A stretch of 64,000 nt of DNA, taken from assembly GCF_009914755.1 (NCBI RefSeq), contig NC_060926.1; one strand, 5' to 3'. Origin of the DNA: the human T2T-CHM13v2.0 reference genome, Homo sapiens. A program made the translations under genes and the position numbers. The notes beneath the pieces were generated by a model, which saw only the letters and a list, made by a program, of their open reading frames with translations, was not told where the DNA came from and searched no databases. Each line of letters begins with the position of its first letter. The first letter of the stretch is position 1. Below are positions 1-18,107 of this stretch, in pieces.

Positions 1-129
1 TTGAACCTGGGAGGTGGAGGTTGCAGTGAGCCAAGATCGCGCCACTGCACTCCAGCCTGGGCGACAGAGCGAGACTCCGTCCAAAAAAAAAAAAAAACCA
101 AAACAACAACAACAACAACAACAACAAAA
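1..129 (+). mobile_element. Alu 3' end (cut by window edge) with A-tail and (AAC)n microsatellite
   Basis: GAACCTGGGAGGTGGAGGTTGCAGTGAGCCAAGATCGCGCCACTGCACTCCAGCCTGGGCGACAGAGCGAGACTCC matches the Alu right arm, followed by an A-run and AAC repeats. Confidence 0.97.
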
Positions 130-2207
130 CTTTTCCCAGTGTTAGCCTTTTTATTTTTTCTATTATCTTTGGATAATGTTAAGTTCTTAATTTTAATGTA
201 CTCAAATTTATAGATAATTTTCTTTATTTGACACTTTTTGTGATTTAAGAAAAACATCAGAAAAATGTTTTATACTGTCTTCTAAAAGTATATACTTTTA
301 CTGATTTTTAAAAAATACCTGGATTGGTTTTTGTATATGGCGTGGGGTAGGAGTTAAGTTTCGTTTTTCTCCCTAGAAATAACCAGTTATTATGGTACTT
401 GAAGTCCATTCTTTCTCTATTAATCTATATCATCATCTCTGCCATGAGTCCAGTTTTCATACGCCTGTGGATCTGCTTCTGGGTCTCTACTCACTCACTT
501 TCATTGCTCAATTTGTCTATTACTGCCCTCATTACTTAGCTTTAATATATATTTAAAAATATTCGTAAGGCAAAGCTCCAACCTTGCTATTTAGGAACAT
601 CTTGGCTATTCTTAGCCCTTTGATCTATTGTATAAATTTGAGTATCATCAGTTTGTCAATTTCCACATACCCAAAAGTTGGAAATTTGATTGGAGCTGTA
701 TTAAACCTATAGATATCTGAAGAGAACTTGTATCTTTACAACACTGCATCTTCCAATTCATGTACTTGGTATTAGGCGTCTCCATTTATTTTGATATTTC
801 TTAACGTATTTCAATAGTTTGTTAATTTTCTCCATAGAGGTCTTAACACATCTCTTGACAGGGTTATTGCTTAGTAACTTATATTTTTATACTAATATTA
901 AAAGTTTTAAACTATAATTTTCAGTTGTTAGTGTAGGGAAATGAAATTAATTGTGTATACAGCAATCTTGCTAAATTTTCTTATTAATCCTAATAATCTG
1001 TAGATTCTTTTGAGTTTTCTGCATAAACAATATAATTTGAGAAAATGAATGTTCTTCTCCTTTCTAACAGGTACTTTTTTTTTCTTAATTTATTGCCTCG
1101 ACCAAGGATGTCCATCCAGTATAATGTTGCATAAAAGTGGAACTCATGTCTTGTTCCTCATCTTGAGGGGAACGCTGCAAATGTTTCAACACTAAATAGG
1201 ATTCTTGTTTTGAGTTTTTTTGGCAGATACTGTTATTGTGTTAATGAAGTGGGCTTCTATTCCTGATTTGCTATTTTTCCTTTAAATCATGTATAGTGAA
1301 TTTTATCAAATGCTTTTTCTTAATTTATTCAAACAATCCTATTTTTCTTTTAATATTTTAATATAATTAATCATGTTAATATTATAAAAAGGATCCAATT
1401 TTGAATTCCTAAAATAAGTACAGTTTCTTAATTATGAGTTATATTTTAAAATATATTTTGTACTTGGCTGGATGGAATTTACAAATATTTGACCTAGAAT
1501 TTTTACATTTATGATCATGAATGATACCTGTGAATTCTTTTTCTTGTACTGGCTTGTCAAGTTTTGATATCAAGGTTATACTGCCTTGATATAATGAGTT
1601 GAGAACTGCTGGCTTTTTCTAATTCTCTGAAGAAGGGTGTAGGTTTGGAATTACCTCTTCCTGTGAGTTTGGTAGAATTCTTAGTAAAAATGTCTAGCCT
1701 TGAAATTGTGTGGTGGAATGATTTTTAAAAAATTACTGGGCCAATTGTTAAAACGGCTATAGGATTATTCAGGTTATATTTATATGTAAATTTCATATAA
1801 AACATATACATATATACATGTAATACCTGAAAAATCATTTTAATCATAGTCATTTCGTCTAGTTTTGAAAAAATTTTGGTATAATTTTGCACATAACATA
1901 TTTTTGTTCTTGATCTGCATCACAGTTTATTCCCTTTTTGATTCCTAATATTATTTATTTGTGCCTTTTCTCTTTTTGTCCTGATCAATCTCTCTGCAAA
2001 GTTTGTCAACTGTATTATAACTTCATTGAATAAACTTTTGGCTCCATTGACATTTAAAATTTTATCTCTGCTATTTTATTAATTTCTGCTTTTGTTTTTT
2101 TTTTGTAAATCTCTTTTCCATTTGTTTTGGGTTTATTTTCTCTTCTTTCAGCTCTTAAGATAGATGCTTAGTTCATTAATTTTTTGTTTGCTAGTATGAG
2201 TCATTTC

Positions 2208-2502
<295 letters not shown>

Positions 2503-3317
2503 CTAGTATGAGTATTTCAGATGCAAAGCTGCAACTTTCCCTCTAATTTAGTTTCTTCCTCCAGTTTTAATATTAGGTATTTCTATTACCTTTCAGTCCC
2601 AAATATTTACTAATATCTAGAGTGATTCTTAATTTCTAAACATGTGTTTTCCCTCCTAGTCATATTTTCATTATCAATTTCTAATTTAATCATACTGTGG
2701 TTGGAGACCATGGTAAATATAATATTTATCTTTTAAAATCTGTTGAAACTTGCTTTATGGTCCAGTAGTTGTCAATTTTCATAACTGTTCCCTGTCTGCT
2801 TGAAAATAATGCATATTCTGCAGCTGTTGGGTAATGTACTCTTGCTCATTGTGTTGTTTAAATCTTATGTATCCTTACTAATTTTTCTGTTTGCATTATA
2901 CAACAGTTACGAATTTCTGTTTACATCTTCCATTAAGATAATACATTTCCCCTTGTAATTTGTGACTTTTACTTTTAAAAATTTGAAGCTTTGCTATTTG
3001 GAATTTACATATATCAAATTATTTTGTCCATATGGTAAGTTGTATCTTTCCTTGGGTAGTGACCCTTTTTAACTGTAGTAATGCTTTTTGCTTAAAGTTT
3101 ATTTTTCTGGTATCAGAATAAACATATCATGCTTTTTTATCACCAGTATTTGGCTGGCATATATTTTCCTAACCTTTTTCCTTTCAAATTTTCTGAATCT
3201 TTAATTTCTAAATGTGTCATTGTAAATAGCACAGAGCTAGAGTTTTATTTTTTAAATCAATTTGGTCAATATTTGTTATTGAATCATTGCATCTAATCCA
3301 TTTGTTTAAATTACTGA

Positions 3318-3619
<302 letters not shown>

Positions 3620-6514
3620 TTTAAATTACTGATTTAATTTATGCTACCATATTTTTCCATATACTCTGTTTCATTTTCTCTTCTTCAATTCTTTTGGATT
3701 AACTAATAATATTCATATTCTATTTTTAGCTTGGTTTGTAAGATGTTCTCCACATTTAGTTTGTAGGTTAAATACCTTTTAGTATAGTTTAGTGGGTACC
3801 CTACAAATTGCAAATATTTACTTAATTTATCAAAGTCCAAAGTTAAAATTTTTATCCTTCTCCAAAATAATTACAGGAACTTAGAAGATTTTAATTCCAC
3901 ATTCTCATCTTATTTTATGCTATTGTTTTGTGGATTCCAATTGTATTTATTTTGATTACTTAACAATATATTATTACTGGTGCATGCAATCAACATTGTT
4001 TAAATTTTCCCCATATTTACTTTCACTGCATTTAATCTTTCTCGCACCTCACATTCCTTCTGAACAAAGTATGTCTTTTAAAATTTCTTTTGTGAGGATT
4101 TACTGGTGGCATACTTTCCCAGCTTTTGTCTGAAAATGTCTTGACTCATTAAATTTTTTTTTTTGCAAGATACACAATCCTAAGCTGATAGTTATTTTTT
4201 CCCAACTCAGTGATGCTTCAGCTTCTCTGTTTGCAGGCTCCCACTGATGCTGTTGTGAAGTCAGGTGTAAGTTGGTTGAGTTGTTGAAGATATTAAAGGG
4301 TATTTTAATTTTTATGTGCACTTTAGCTATAATGTGTGTAGTGTGGACTTTTTTTTTTTTCATTTATCCTTGGTATTCACTGGGTTTCTTGACTCTGTGG
4401 ATTAATGTCTTTCAAGTCTGGAAAATTCTCAGCCATCAATCATCTTCAGTACTGTCTCGCTTCCCTTTCCCTTTCTGAAATTCTAGTTAGATGCATGTTA
4501 GACTTCCCCACTTTATCTCCATGTCTCTTAACTAATTTCCTGTTTTCCATTTCTGTCTCTCTAGGCTGCATTCTAGATAATTTCTTAAATTCAACTTTCC
4601 AATTCATTAATTCTTTCTCAGCTATGTCTAATGTGCTGTTACATCTGCCCATGGAAATTCTAATTCCTATTATATTATTTTATTCCTAGAAGTTCTGTTT
4701 AACACTCCTCCAAGTTTTCTTGCTCTTTACCACATTTCCAATCCTGTCTTTTATTTCCAGAAATTAAAGCAAGGGCTCTAATTTCACATTCTAGGCTTGA
4801 TAACCCCAGTTTCTGAATTAGGAGTCTGATTCTCCGCTGTCCTGTTTGTTCTTGCTCTTGCTCGTGGTCTCGTTTCCTTTTTTGTAAGGGGTTCTTTTCT
4901 GATTGTAAGTTGCTCATTTCCCTTAGTGCTCTATTTCTGTTATTATTCATTCCTCTCCATTTTCTTTTTCTGCCACCTTGACTGGCTGTGTATCTTCAAT
5001 CCCTTTCATATTTTCCATCTGTGTTTTGCTTTATACTCAGAAAAAAAAAGTTTTCAACTTTATATTCAACGTTTCAGACTTCAGCTATTATCATCCCTTC
5101 TATTGTTTGTCAATCATATTTTTAATTCTCAAGTGTTCATTTGTTCTGTAATTACCTCTTTTTCATACCAATCTGTTCTTTTTATTTAACACAAATAATT
5201 TCAAATCTTTCTAAGGACTGCAATTATACTTGAAACTTTTTTCTTCTTTACCTTGAATTAGATTTCCTAGATTTCCTTTGGGACTAGTCTTTCTTTTTGG
5301 CGTCACTGGTTATATATTCATATTTTTAAATAAAAAATTGGTTAACAAAGGTAGTTGGCGTGGCTTTCCTGTATCAGTATTCCGATCAATTTTTCTAACA
5401 CACCTATCCTTTGTAGGGAAGAGCTGATTTATGGCTCTTTGTAAGTGGGCAGGGTATGCTGATGTGAAGGATTCATTTAGGGCTCAAGAGAAGAGAAGCC
5501 TCCAGGCAAGCTGTAAGCCCAAGCCCTTCCTCCACCCACTCCTCTAAGAAAAATATAAAGCACTGTACTTTAGGTGTATAGAATTTTTGTTTATTACCCT
5601 TGAGAAATAGTTGACTCTTCTGCCATTACTCCATGTCATCTATTTTTAAGGTCTGGTACTATCTTAGAATGTATTCTGTTTCTCTCTTTGGTATTAGTTC
5701 TCAGTGAGGAGTGAACTGTTCAATTTTTTTTTTTTTTTTTTTTAGCAAATATTATGGTACTTTTTGTTTTTGGGGGTTTTTGAGAAAAAATCATCCTGAA
5801 AGCTCTGTGTGGGAATCCGTGAGGATGGGGGTGGAGGGGTAATGGTTGAAGGATGGCCAGGTGTTCCCATCACTGCAAGCAATTCGCACTTGTTCTCTCT
5901 TGGGGTCCAGTGGAAATGTGGTCTTTCCTGGGGCTCCTGGGGGCTGTTCCCACCACCACTAAAACTTGTTCCTGTCTGATTCTTCCTTTGCTGTGTCACG
6001 ACCTTCCCTGTTCAGGGGTATTTTTCAGTAGGGTTTTATTACTTTCGGCTTTCCAGAACACAACTAAATTTCTGGTTTGCTGATGGCACTTATTCTGATG
6101 GTGCTATTTTGGATTTATTTCCATTTCTACAGCTTCATGGCTATTAGGTGGGGATTCTGAAGGAAGGGGAAGGATTGCTTAAATGCAGTCACTCAACTGA
6201 ACAGGACGTTCTCATAATTTTTAAAAATGTAGACATAAATCATCCATGTTAATATTCAAGTATCTCAATGCTTAATAAGCTTCCATTTTATAATATCAAG
6301 TTCAATTGATCAGTAATTCAGCAAACGATCTACCTTTTAAAAGATTTGTATTGAAAGTCATTTTCTGTTTATACAATCTTTCCTTTAGTATCTATAATAC
6401 AGTCTTTCTCACTTCAAAGAGAATAGAAGCACTGGCCTAAAATAATGAGTTAGTAATCAATCCACACAGATATTTTGTTTTTGGTTTCTCTGAAGCTCAG
6501 TATTTCTCTATTTC

Positions 6515-8628
<2,114 letters not shown>

Positions 8629-8773
8629 TAACCATATACAAAAACAGCAAGGGAAATGCTGGTGGGGTCAGTTCTCCTAAAGTTTCAAATGTGCTGTAAA
8701 TTGCAGAGAATTCTCAGACTTAATAGGAATATTATTTTTGTATACATGTGCTGGGGTTTTGGAGAAAGATTTA

Positions 8774-9088
<315 letters not shown>

Positions 9089-9344
9089 TTACTCCTAGAA
9101 AAGAAAAAGCCAATCAAAAACCTTTCTTGGACAATGAAATGCCAGAGGGTTTTATACCACACAGGGATAGTGCCACATCATGTCTCGTAGAAGAAGCATC
9201 CGTTTTTATAGAATCTAAATTGCAGTGAATATTATAGCATGCCATAAAAATATGCCGGGTGCACACAGAAATCACAGCAGACAGTCCTTGGACAATAATT
9301 CAATCTCACGGTGAAGTGATAGCAGCAGCTTTCTGGGAATCAAC

Positions 9345-9565
9345 AGAGTGGGATGAAAAGCTCGTGTCTTTGGGGCAGAGAGCCCTGAATTCAAATTCTA
9401 GCTGTCATTTTTTTAGCCAGGTGATTAAAAAATGACTCGTTATTAGCCTCAGAAACTCATCTTCTTCATGTGAACACTGAGATCATGCAGCTCATGCAGC
9501 TATTGTAAAGATTAAGTGAAATACTGTAAGTCAGGACGCTAGCGCAGAATAGACACTCAACAAGA
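9345..9565 (+). mobile_element. MIR
   Basis: CCTGAATTCAAATTCTAGCT and TTGTAAAGATTAAGTGA resemble MIR B-box and core motifs. Confidence 0.7.
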
Positions 9566-11074
9566 ATTTCCTTTGCTCTTCCGTCTGTCAAAAATGCCAA
9601 GCTGGCAGAAGGTGCATTTATTCATCTGTGGGATTCTCCCTTTACCCTGAACATTTAAATTCAATGGTGAGACACAGGGAGGAAAGCAAGGGTAACTCTT
9701 CAAGACACTCTAGTCTGTGGTGTGCGATGCTGACGTCTGTATACCACGACGTGGACTTAACCAAGTGTTTCTTCTGATCTCTTTTCTTAGGACTAAATTC
9801 ATCATTTTCTTCAGATTTCATGTCTTTTGTCATTTTGCCTCATCGCTGGTGCCTGTAACCCACAGCAAATCCCAACAGAGGGTGGGATAATTAAGTGATA
9901 TTGCCTCCGCACCACTGTGCCATCACCCCCTCCACCGGCCTTTCTCTAGCTGCGCGTGAAAATTCTGCTGCTTCCCAGTGCATTTGCCAGGACATCTTTT
10001 CTCTCCGGCCCATTTGCCTCACAGATGCCCAGTGGTTGAGCCTCAGTTCCACAGACAGATCTACAGCTCAGAGGATGTTCAGTCTTCAAATGCAGCTTTG
10101 TAATTGGCAAGGGGTGCTCTTAGCTTGCTGGCTGGTCGTGAAACTAACAAAGCCCAGTCTTTGTGAGTGTGCTTTTAGGACACGAGCAGGGTAGCTTATG
10201 AATTTTTAATGCTCAAGCCAACGTTAATACCAATTAGTAGTGCCAAAGAAGAGAATTAAAACACTACTTCATGGAATGATAGCATTCTCTCTTTGACAAA
10301 AAAGCCCATGTGTTTTAATAGCCACCAATTCAATAAGGAAACTGCTTCTTAGATAGTTGAGTCTGTCTATTTCTGGAAGAGGGCACAGTACATATACCCA
10401 GCCGGTTGTGACTTTTCTTCATGGATTCTAAGGTCAATTATCTTAAGGTCTACTGATTGATTTTCTTTGCCCACTCATTTTCCTTTAATTTAGACAACCA
10501 ATTATGTGCCTTTTAAGTTTTTTTCTCCCTCCACATATACTAGGAACAGCCATAATAAAGCATGAAGTTCCTTTCTCTTGGGATGGCTTTGAAATTCACC
10601 ATTTTCTGTTTTGGCCTTCCTTTCCTTGAATATGCACACTTAAGGTCATCATAAATCTTATTCATTTGGGCAGCACTTGAACAAATGGCCCCTTTCCCCA
10701 GTTTTTTAGTGAATTTCTTTGAAACCTACTGTCCAATGTGTGCTCATCCTCCCTCCCCTTCTGCCCTCTGCCCCCACCCCCTGCTCCCCAGATGAAACTC
10801 CAGAGCGAAGTCTTTCTTACTTGGATTATTGTGTCCAGAGGATACAAGCTGAGAGTCCTGAAAGAACAAGAAATATCAATTAATTTTCTTATTTTGACTT
10901 TCAAAATCCAAGTTAAACATGAGATCATGTTTAAAACTGGTCATTCAGAACCGATTCATTGCTCTCAATCTCTATCAGCTACTTTAATGAGAAACATATA
11001 CATGAAGGTGGACACATACATGTTAAGCAGTTCTGGGAATATACTTCACAATCATTTTTCTTTTGTATTAATGA

Positions 11075-12270
11075 CTTTCTGTTTTGTTTATTGAGGTGAA
11101 GTTCACATAACATTAAAATTAACCATTTTAAAGTGAACAATTCAGTGGCATTTGGTACTTTCATAAGGTTGTGCAACCACTACCTCTATCTAGTTACAAA
11201 ATATTTCCATCACTCTGAAGTCAAATCCCTTACCCATTAAGCAGGGTCTCCCATACCCCTGCCCTCCCAATGCCCCAGCCCCTCACAACCACCAATTTCC
11301 ATCTGTCTCTTGGATTTATCTATTCTGGATATTTCATATAAATGGAATCATACAATATGTGACCTTTGTGACTGGCTTTTTACTTAACATAATGTTTTTG
11401 AGGTTCATCCACTCTGTAGCATGTATCGGTTCTTCATTCTTTTTATGGCTGAATAATATTGCGTCACATGGATATACAACAATGTGTTTATCCATTCATC
11501 TGTTAATGGGTATTTGGGCTGTTTCTACCTTTTGGATATTGTAAATAATACTGCCACGAATACGCAGGTATGTACACTAGTTCGAGTCCATGTTTTCAAT
11601 CCTTTTGTGTATATACTTAGGAGCAGAATTTCTGGGTTATATAACTCTATGTTAAACTTTTTAAGGAACTGCCAAACGATTTTCCACAGCAGTGAAACCA
11701 TTTTGCAATCCAACAATGTTTGAGGGTTCCAATTTATCTACACCCTTGTCAATGCTTGTTATTTTCCATTAAAAAATGATAGCTATCCTTGTGTGTATGA
11801 AGTGGTATCTCACTGCAGTTCTGATTTGTATTTCCCTAATAACTAATGATGTTGAGCATCTTTTCATGTGTTTGTTGGCCATTTGTACATCTTTGGAGAA
11901 ATATCTATTCAAGTTCTTTGCCATTTTTTAATTGGTTTGTCTTTTTGTTGTTGAGTTGAATGAGTTCTTGATATAGTTTGGATACTAGACTGTTACCAGA
12001 TTTATGATTTGCAGTATTTCCTCCCATCCTGTCAATTGTCTTTTCATTTTATCAGTAATGTTCTTTGATGCACAAAAGTTCTAAATTTTCTAAATTTAAA
12101 GTTCTAAAAATTTTTAATAAAGTTTAGTTTACCTAATTTTTCTTTTGTTGCTCATGCTTTTGGTGTCATCACTAAGAATCCATTGCCAAATCCAAGGTCA
12201 TGAAGATTTAAACCTATGTTTTCCTCCCTGATACTTATGGTTTGGGTTCTTATACTCATGCCACTGACCT
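11075..12270 (-). mobile_element. L1MB-type 3' end with distal ORF2
   Basis: Antisense L1MB 3'UTR (TTAACCATTTTAAAGTG...CATATAAATGGAATCATACAATATGTG); ORF 11525-11716(-) resembles the ORF2 C-terminus (LWKIVWQFLKK). Confidence 0.88.
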
Positions 12271-12591
12271 ATTACCATATTGACTTTTAATCTAACTTTT
12301 CTTTGAATGAACCTTTACTGCCACCCATTTCCTGTAGATGGGTTTGGCAATCATCCCACCAGTAACACTCTATTAAACAACTGTTGTCAATCTCACGATG
12401 GTGGATAAAAAGATTAGTATGGTATCTACTTATCTGCAATGGAATAAAGCCAGTACTACACAGTATTTTAAGTTTAGTTATTGCTCAGGTAAATAGAGAT
12501 TGAATTTGATTTTACTTGCATTAAAACAAAATGTTAAAATCTGTTTTGAGGATTTACATCCTCTTTCTTTGCAAAATTCTCATTTAATAGA

Positions 12592-12856
12592 AAGTAAACC
12601 ACATACCATATGTTCTTATAAGTGGGAGTTAAGCTATGGGTATGCAAAGGCACATAGAGTGATATGATGAACTATGGAGACTCAGAAGTGGGAGGATAGG
12701 AGTGGGACATGAGATAAAAAAACTACATACTGGGTACAATGTACACTACTCAGGTGATGGGTACACTAAACTCTCAGACTTCACCACTATATAATTTATC
12801 CATGTAACCAAAAACCACTTGTACCCCAAAAGCTATTAAAATAAAAAAAATTTAAA
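12592..12856 (+). mobile_element. L1PB/L1MA-type 3' end fragment
   Basis: TATAAGTGGGAGTTAAGCTATGGGTATGCAAAGGC...CATGTAACCAAAAACCACTTGTACCCC plus A-tail. Confidence 0.88.
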
Positions 12857-13734
12857 TATGAAAGACTTACACAAGAATGCGTGAATAGGAATGTAAAAAA
12901 AAAAAAAAGTAGCAGGACATAAAATCCAGCAAAACTCCTTTAAAATTTTGGCACATGGAACAAAAATCCATTGAAATTGAATGAACTTCTATTACGTGGC
13001 TTAATGTATTTTACCAGAATTTTGTTCCACGAGTATAGGCTGTTATGGGGTAAAGGGTGTCATTTGATGTGACTTGTGTTATATTCAAATCCAAGTACTA
13101 ATGTCTGCTTTAAAAAGAAATTCTACTGAAACAGTATAAAATGAGCCAGTCGGTGGGCAGAGGTTGGGTAGGAAAATTGAGACGGGAAGGGATTCCCACT
13201 CTATTAAACAGCCTGAGTCATATGCAGATGCCTAATAAACCTCTTTCAATTATGGTAATAATGAGCTATTCAACTGAAGAAAAAGAACAAGCTCAACTCT
13301 CACCCTGAGATTCAGTTTTTGGAAATGATTATATGAAGATGAAATATCGTTCCTGAAATGGACTAAAATATCATCTGTAAGAATGATTTTGGCCTATTTT
13401 GGATAGATGCTGTCACTAAGAAGACATCCACAATTAAATCCCCCATGTAGATTGGTACGTTTTCCTTCTCTTCAAGGGAATTCAAGAGTTTATATCTGGA
13501 CATAAGTTAGTTTTAACTTTGGCACGTGAAAATACTTTGAGTCCCATTTAGTTAACTCTGCTGTCTGTAGATCTGGGCCATTTGGTGGCATCTGTACTAG
13601 GGAGGGGAAATACACACCATCAAATGGACAAGAATGGTAATTGACATAGTTTCCAGCATTAAGCTTATTTAAAAAAAAAAAAAGAAAGGAAAAAAAGAAC
13701 AGAATTTTTTCTAAGACTGTTAACACAAAATATA

Positions 13735-14204
<470 letters not shown>

Positions 14205-15429
14205 AAATTGTTAATTTCTTGGTATGTCCTAAAACCCACAGGATGATTGTTGATCACAAGCAGAGAACCAGAGATGAGCTTACAGATGACCTGAATTAGG
14301 ATTACAAACCATAAGATCATGTATCCCATAGATAGTAAACTTTAAATTTTAACTAAAACACCTGTGTGATTAATAACCATTATTATTTCTGTTTTGTGTG
14401 ATAGGGAGTGAAGAGAGACTTCAAAATGGTTGAAATAATTGGTATAAAAAAAATCTCTGTGGAAGTCTTCTGCAGGAGAGGCAAGAATAAAATCAAAGAC
14501 TTTGTCCCTAATATATACTCTCATGTTGCTAGCTGATGTTTTCTTGGTGGTACATTGAAACAACAACTGCTAGTGCCAAAGTAATTGGCTATAACCCCAG
14601 TGTTCTAAACTGTGCCACTCTGCGGGTACAAATAATGTCCCATTATCATTCTTACCGGCATTTGGCCAGCCTGCTTGTGGAGGGGTCAGCTACCTTACCA
14701 GGCCACTCCCACATTTTAGGTCCTCTTATCAGACACCCTGATAAGGTGTCTGCTGGCAAACCTCGGGTCCTGGGGCTGCAGCTTTTGAAGGAGGACTGTT
14801 CTTCCCAGCCAGCTGCAAAACCCCAGGGGCCCCACAGGCTATGCAGCTCTCTTATTCTTCACAGAGCCAGAGCAAGGCTGGGTCCAGAACAGAGGGAGAC
14901 CAAAGTTCCTTTCTCCAAAGGGACCACACACTGAAGTCCTTTCCACTTTTGTGTCTCCTGCCACCCCATCCAGATACCTACATATGTGTAGCTTCTGTCT
15001 CACCAGCCTTCTCTCCCCTTGCAAATGTCTTCTGTAGGTAGGTGCCTGGGGAGGTCCAGCCCCATCTGTGCATTGGTATTGTCCCCCTCTGGGAGCACTC
15101 TACTAGGCCTGCAAGATTCTCTACTAGGCTTTTTAAGGGTTACAGAAGTGAGTCCAGCAAGTTAGCGGTGGAGGTGACATGTGTACAAATCATTAGAGCC
15201 CAAGGCTGAAAGTGATGTGGTGACTGCCACTCCCAATACTTCCAGCTGTGTATCCTGTTCTGATCCCCTCCCCCTGGAATGCTCATCCTGCTGCTTTCTG
15301 TTTCCTGCCTGGCAAACTTCATTCTTCCTTCGAGGCTCTGCACAGGTAAACTCAAGGGTTACCCTGTGCTTTGAAACCTTCTTGACTCTAATGTTTTTGC
15401 TACACTGTGTCATACTTCCATTACAGTAA

Positions 15430-15740
15430 TTATTTTTTCAACAATGACTTTAAAAAAAAGTATAAGTGACAATAACACAAATCGTACATATTTAAAGTTA
15501 ACAATTTGATAACAAGTCTCACATGAGGAAGGCTACCATTATTACTTTCTTGACCCAAGGATGGCTCTGTAACACCTATTCATTGAAGAAAAATCAGCAA
15601 AAGTGTTAGCTGCCAGCCCCTGGAAACCACGATTCTCCTCACTGCTTCTGTGTGTCGATTTTAGATTCTACATATAGGTAATGACATCTAGTACTTGGCT
15701 TTCTGTGTCTGGCTTAGTTCACGCAGTACAATGTCTATGC
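15430..15740 (-). mobile_element. L1MA-type 3'UTR fragments
   Basis: CCAGCCCCTGGAAACCACGATTCT...TTAGATTCTACATATAGGT...CTTTCTGTGTCTGGCTTA. Confidence 0.7.
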
Positions 15741-15794
15741 TGTGTGTGTGTGTACACATATGTGTGTGTATGAATAATATATGATGTATCAGAA

Positions 15795-16025
15795 ATGTGA
15801 CTATAGTTAACAATGAGGGTAGATCTTTAGAAATTTATTAGGAGGTAATGTTCTCATCACCAAAAAGAGAAAAGAAAATGGTAACTATGTGATATATAAC
15901 TTGGTAACTATTGATATATTAATTAGCTTGATTGTGGTGATTATTTCACAATATCAAAACATCAAGTTGTTTACCTTAAATACATACAATTTTTGTCAAT
16001 TACACCTCAATAGAGCTAAAAAATG
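15795..16025 (+). mobile_element. L1MA9/10-like 3' end
   Basis: GTGACTATAGTTAACAAT...TTAATTAGCTTGATTGTGGTGATTATTTCACAAT...TGTCAATTACACCTCAATA. Confidence 0.82.
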
Positions 16026-16559
16026 AAATTTTTGTACTAATGATTTAAAGTCTTAATTTTACCTCAGAAGTCAAGTCATTACTTGCACTTAAGCATCTAC
16101 ATGAAACAAAACAGAACAAACTGGTACAATATTTTTGGAAAAGTCGTAATAAACTGTGCTTTGGTATGTGCCCAGTTATATCAAAAGTTGTACTTATACC
16201 ATGATACCTACACATAACAAAAATGTCTATGATTCTATTTTGGGTCTGGATTATCTTGGCTAGATTACGTGCAAAGATTCTAAGCATTGTGCATTTTATT
16301 CTAAGGATGGCAGGGTGCCCCTGGAAGTACACACTGAATAAACTGTTCAGTTAAATTCCCCTGTACTCAATGGAAGGGCTAGAAGACTGGGAACTTCACA
16401 TGGGTTCTGATGTCAATTCCACCAATGAGATGCCACATTTCATTCACTGAGGTGTTGCCTACAAAGCCTTAACTATTTACTATATGATCCTTCACTGAAA
16501 AAGCTTCTTGACCTCTGATTCGAACAATGAATTCTTGGGAAAGAATTAGATAAACATGT

Positions 16560-17760
<1,201 letters not shown>

Positions 17761-17805
17761 CTTTCAATAATTCACCTTAGAAAGTGGTGATATTGACAGT
17801 TATTT

Positions 17806-18107
<302 letters not shown>

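Noticed and set aside
13490-13726. Minus-strand ORF behind a T-tract as a coding exon, with CTCF-like CCACCAAATGGC nearby
   Set aside because: Poor acceptor (AAATAAG), no convincing donor, unrecognised peptide; the CTCF match lacks the conserved core G
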